DNA of 64,000 nt from Vicugna vicugna (taxonomy: Eukaryota), in the NCBI GenBank assembly GCA_013265495.1, contig MU058059.1:3573502-3637501 (forward strand). Direction: 5' to 3'. Below are positions 59,639 to 64,000 of the stretch, piece after piece. The translations under genes and the position numbers were made by a program. Numbering within the stretch: the stretch's first letter is position 1; each line of letters begins with the position of its first letter. The notes beneath the pieces were generated by a model. It was not told where the DNA came from and did not search any database. It was given only the letters and a program-made list of their open reading frames with translations.

Positions 59639-60944
59639 CAAATTTTTATTTGTTAGAAAATAGCTTACAACTCACAAGCTTTAAGCATAAGATAAAATTG
59701 ATTCATTTCCAGGGGCTTGGAGCAAGTGCCTCTTACAGTCTGTTTCTCGTCCCCGTGTTGCATTGGGAGACCTGCTGTTTTCAGCCTGGCTCTCTTCCTA
59801 ATAATGGCTTTTCATTTGGCTGTTTGTTCCCCTTCAAGCCTCTGTTTTAGGTAATTTTGCAATATTCAACAAAATGGGAAACGTTTTCTGGCAGAGTTGA
59901 GGAATTTTCTCAGTCTGGGCTCCATACAGTAAATATTTTAAAGTTTTAAAAGACATGCTTATTACTATTTGTTTAAATGAGGGACAGTAGCGTTGACAAT
60001 AGTTGTCTTTGATTTCAGCCTTCTCACTCTTTTTTTTTAATATAACTTAAAATTAATTGTTTTAGAAACCACTTAAAATTGTTTTTGGGTTAGTCAGAAG
60101 TGTGTGGTTATTGCTTCATTGGGGTGTATTTTTAAGTTTGTCTTCTGTCTCTAAATGAACAGATACTCAGTTTATTGTCTAAGTCTGTTGAGTCTGTCTT
60201 TAGGCCTTTCTTCAGCCAAGAACAAAAACAGCTGTTCTCTTTGTTCCCCTCCTCATCCCCCGCCCCCTTGACGAAAAATTGGTTTGGGATTTAGGTAATT
60301 CAGGCAGGGCTGGATTACCTTCTGGGGTCCTTTGTTTTGCAACTTTGTGTTATCTGGGTGTAGAGCCAAAGCTTAAGCAAACCTGTATGTAGGGCATTTG
60401 CAGCAGTGCTCATGATAAATACTGGGCAAACACGTGAGTGAGAGAGCAAACGAGTGAAGGAGTTAGACCCGACTCAGGAGAAGTGAGAGCGCCCTTGTCA
60501 CTGGCGTGGTGTCTCAGATGAAGAGGTCTTTGTGGTCGGCTCAGTCACGTGAGTGTGAAGGTTGGCCCTGGTCTGCGGACCCCTGGAAAACCCCCGTCTT
60601 TCAGTAATGCGGTAAGAGCGCGCTGGCGGTATCGCTGTGGAATTCCTTCATAAATTGAAAGTTTGAAAATGCACTTTATTAGATAGAAACAGTAAAATGT
60701 TCGTGTAGCAGTTTTAGGAAATCTGATAAGAAATGAAGGAGAAAATAAAACGCCTTTGTGAGTTTACCCCTATGGGAAGCTACTGCTAGTCTCAGGTGTA
60801 TTTATGTACACAGACTTCGGTACATACGTTATGTAAAATTGAGGTTATGTGTGTTCAGTTTTGATTTCTGCTTTTGTGTGTGTGTTTGTGTGTATGTGAA
60901 TCCAATTAAATTTTTCCCCTCTTTTTGGTTTTTAAACCTTACAG

Positions 60945-61097
60945 GCCCCTTCACAGATGTAGTCACTACAAATCTAAAGTTGCGGAATCCATCGGATAGA
61001 AAAGTGTGTTTCAAGGTGAAGACTACAGCGCCCCGTCGGTACTGTGTGCGGCCCAACAGTGGGATTATCGACCCGGGCTTGACCGTGACTGTCTCAG
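60945..61097 (+). CDS. VAPA: VAPA exon 2 (153 bp): (G)[50 protein letters not shown]
   Basis: Contains the MSP-domain VAP signature [16 protein letters not shown]. Acceptor ccttacag|GC and donor CAG|gtagcc; phases consistent with exons 1 and 3. Confidence 0.97.
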
Positions 61098-61714
61098 GTA
61101 GCCTACAAGCCGCGCCCCAAGCCTCTCTGCTCTTTCACTGTGCGCAGGCTGCTGCAGAACCTCTCACCCTGTCCTGAGGTGGCCGTGTATGCGGTCAGCT
61201 TGTAAGCACTTTGCGTCTACAGTTCACTACCACATCCTCTGCCCGTATTATTTTATCTTTGAAATGTGTCATTTTGGGGATTTGCTAGTTGTCATTTGGA
61301 TCCAGCTGTTGTTACGTATTGCATGCAGCTGGAGAGGTATTATCCTGAATTTTTTGCGTAATAGTTACTGGTACCTCTTTTTTGCCAATAGTTATCAAAT
61401 TAGATGAGTCTTTCTGCCTTTTATTGTTAATACCAATAGCTCCTTGGCACTTGAAAACTTTAGTTTTGTTACTCCGTTTTGTGTTTACTTACAGTGCAAG
61501 GAGGATTCTTGGTTCCTTCCACGTATGGCCGGCTTACTCCTGCCATGGAGTCTGTGCTACTGTGCCCTGTAAGCTGGTCTTTCTGCCCTCAGGCGCCCCT
61601 GACGGTCCTGTAGGGAGCTGGTCTAGCACAGCTGGGAGGCAGGAAGTGAGGATGACAGTGTGTCTTACTGACAGGAGAACCTCTCTGGCTTCGCACAGAG
61701 ACCACTTACCCTTG

Positions 61715-61845
61715 GTTTCTAGCAGTCATTCCCACCTCTGCGACTGTGTCTTAAAAACTCGGGGGCCTCTCAGATCGGGATCTCTGGGGACATAGCCTGG
61801 ACGCGTATGTTTGAAAAATCATGCCTGGGTGGTCCTGATAGGTAT
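61715..61845. mobile_element. MER5-like DNA transposon remnant
   Basis: tcagatcgggatctctgggg..gcctggacgcgtatgtttgaaaaatcatgcctgggtggtcctgatag resembles MER5A/B. Confidence 0.4.
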
Positions 61846-63882
61846 TCCTAAGGGAATATAATAGTTCCGTATCTGTTTTCTAGTTTTCAGGCCCACAGCA
61901 GATTAAAAACAGTAAGTCACACAAAGAGTGAGCGCCTAGGGCAGAGATAGTTAGAAGTGGGGCCCGACTGTGCAGGCAGTCGAGGACAGACCACAGTCAG
62001 AGTTCTTGGTGGCACTAAATCCTCCCTCAGTAATTGTAGCCCCAAACTCGGAGCTGGGAGGCCCTAGAAAAGATGTTTTTAGCCAGTCTGGTGGTGGCTG
62101 GGAGGCTGCTTTCATATGGGTTTGTCCAAGCCATAAGTTCATGGGCAAGATGGCTGGGAATTGAGAAGATGAAGCTGTGAGCACATGGGATCTGGAGGCA
62201 GAAATAGGAAGGGGAAGCAGTGAGCAAGTGTGTTCTGGAAGTTGCTCTCTAAGTCTTCACGCCTTTAGGTAAATTGGAAGAAGACAGAATTATTTCTATC
62301 CATGTGGTTAAAAAATAGTTTTTGGTGCAGACAGCTTTATCCCTCGGAACCCATGAAACTATTTAGAATGACCTTTGAGGGTTCTAGCTTGCTGAAGTCT
62401 CACTGTATTAATGTTTCTTAAGGACGTGTATACTTTTCCAAGCACTTTCTCCCACATATACCCCTGGTATTGAGCCATCTCACTTACTAAAAACTCCAGA
62501 TGCACTTGCTACTGTCACCATGGCGTGCGCTCAGATTCCTCTCCGCCACATGGGACTTGGCGCTCCTGTTTTCCATGCAGCCCCTTCCTAGAGGAGGGTC
62601 ACTCCAGCCGCTCTTCCTTCTGCAGCCTTCCCTGGGCAACTCTCTGTCTACATACTCTTCCTTTTTTCCTCTCTCCTTGTAGCACTTTGTTTTGTGAATT
62701 CTCTCCTTTAATTTGTCTCCATTTATATATGTATTTTAAGATTCTCTTCCTCTTGTTACGTGGTCTGCAACCTTAGAGTATAACTATCAAAAGTCGTAAG
62801 CAGCTGTAGGTTTTCTTTTCACCCAGCTCCCAGGGCTCAGCCTGGAGGGGTGTCAGTGAGGAGCGTTAGTGGGTGTTTTATGGGCTTCATCCCGCCCCCC
62901 TGTCGTGTGCGTTTCCTGCTGCTGTGTATTTGGCCTTTGAAAGTTTCTTTTAACCATGACGGATGTTAATGGGAATGTCGTCGTAGGCTTAACTTAGAAA
63001 TAAGAATTTGTGTAATTTGATATTTCTGACATTTGCTTATTTGCATTTACCTTTTTGAAAGTGTTGAGTCTATCTTAGAAATACTGTAAACGTCAGCAGG
63101 GGAGTCATTTCCACAATACTGTATATATGTTTTGTGTAATTACTGATTCAGTTTTTAGACCCTCTTACTAGATTTATATTACATAATTTAAAACCACATA
63201 GAGCCTCTAAAAACCCTCTTGTAGGCCACTGGAAATCATAAGTGCTTAGAAAAAAATTGAGTGTAATTATTAGGATGCTGGAAAAATACTAGAAATCATG
63301 AGGCTCTATGGTTTCTTTGTAGATTTTATTTTCTTAGAATCATTTTTAAACAAATTGATAAGCTCTTGAATAAGTATTTATTTAAAATCTATTTTAGAAG
63401 AATTAGTTATGTCAGAACATTAATATGGTAGTGAGTTTTTAAGTTGCCTAGAATTTCTCCTATAAATACCCCTGTTGTCTAATTTTAAGAGATATTATTG
63501 TTAAATAATGTGAAGCCTAAATTTATATTTTAAGTAGTTTCAATAGACAATTTACTAGATTTTGAGTTTACAGGCATTGTAATAGTTAATGTTGGCAAAG
63601 TTTTGAAAATTTTTCAAGCTGAAGTTTAGAGAGGGTAATTACAGATGTTTATTTTTTAAATAGCCATTTGTTTATTTTATGGGTTGTTAAAGACTTAGCA
63701 GATAAGAAAGGTAGACAATTTAAAAGTAATTTGAAATCATAAAGTTGCTTCTGGATCCTGACTGTAAGTCTTCCAGTTTGGCTTCTTGGATCCTTCCTGG
63801 TTTTCTTCACTTCGGAAGTTAGGGAACGATAAGAAGCCAACAGATGCAGAGTCAGTGTGACGTGTCCTTTCCTCTTACTCAG

Positions 63883-63986
63883 TAATGCTGCAGCCTTTCG
63901 ACTACGACCCCAACGAGAAGAGTAAGCACAAGTTTATGGTACAGACCATTTTCGCCCCACCAAACTTTTCAGATATGGAAGCTGTG
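63883..63986 (+). CDS. VAPA: VAPA exon 3 (104 bp): (V)[34 protein letters not shown]
   Basis: Acceptor ttcctcttactcag|TA and donor GTG|gtgagt; continues the MSP domain in frame. The gene continues beyond the window. Confidence 0.97.
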
Positions 63987-64000
63987 GTGAGTACGGAAGT

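Overview
Mammalian nuclear DNA, most likely a camelid: it carries eight copies of a tRNA-Ala-derived SINE resembling the camelid vic-1 family. The gene order RAB31 - TXNDC2 - VAPA, all on the + strand, matches the human 18p11.22 locus as I recall it. The window holds the last two coding exons and ~3.2 kb 3' UTR of RAB31, the whole spermatid thioredoxin gene TXNDC2 (about 25 tandem 15-aa repeats plus a C-terminal thioredoxin domain), and the CpG-island promoter and exons 1-3 of VAPA, with a 104-nt assembly gap just inside VAPA intron 1. The rest is intronic or intergenic sequence with L1, MIR, L2, LTR and DNA-transposon remnants. I found no convincing new biological system. The most unusual signals are in TXNDC2: a WCGSC active site instead of WCGPC, a repeat array with a divergent consensus and a higher-order block duplication, and long overlapping +1 and antisense ORFs. 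Gene and repeat names come from recalled sequence similarity, not from database searches.
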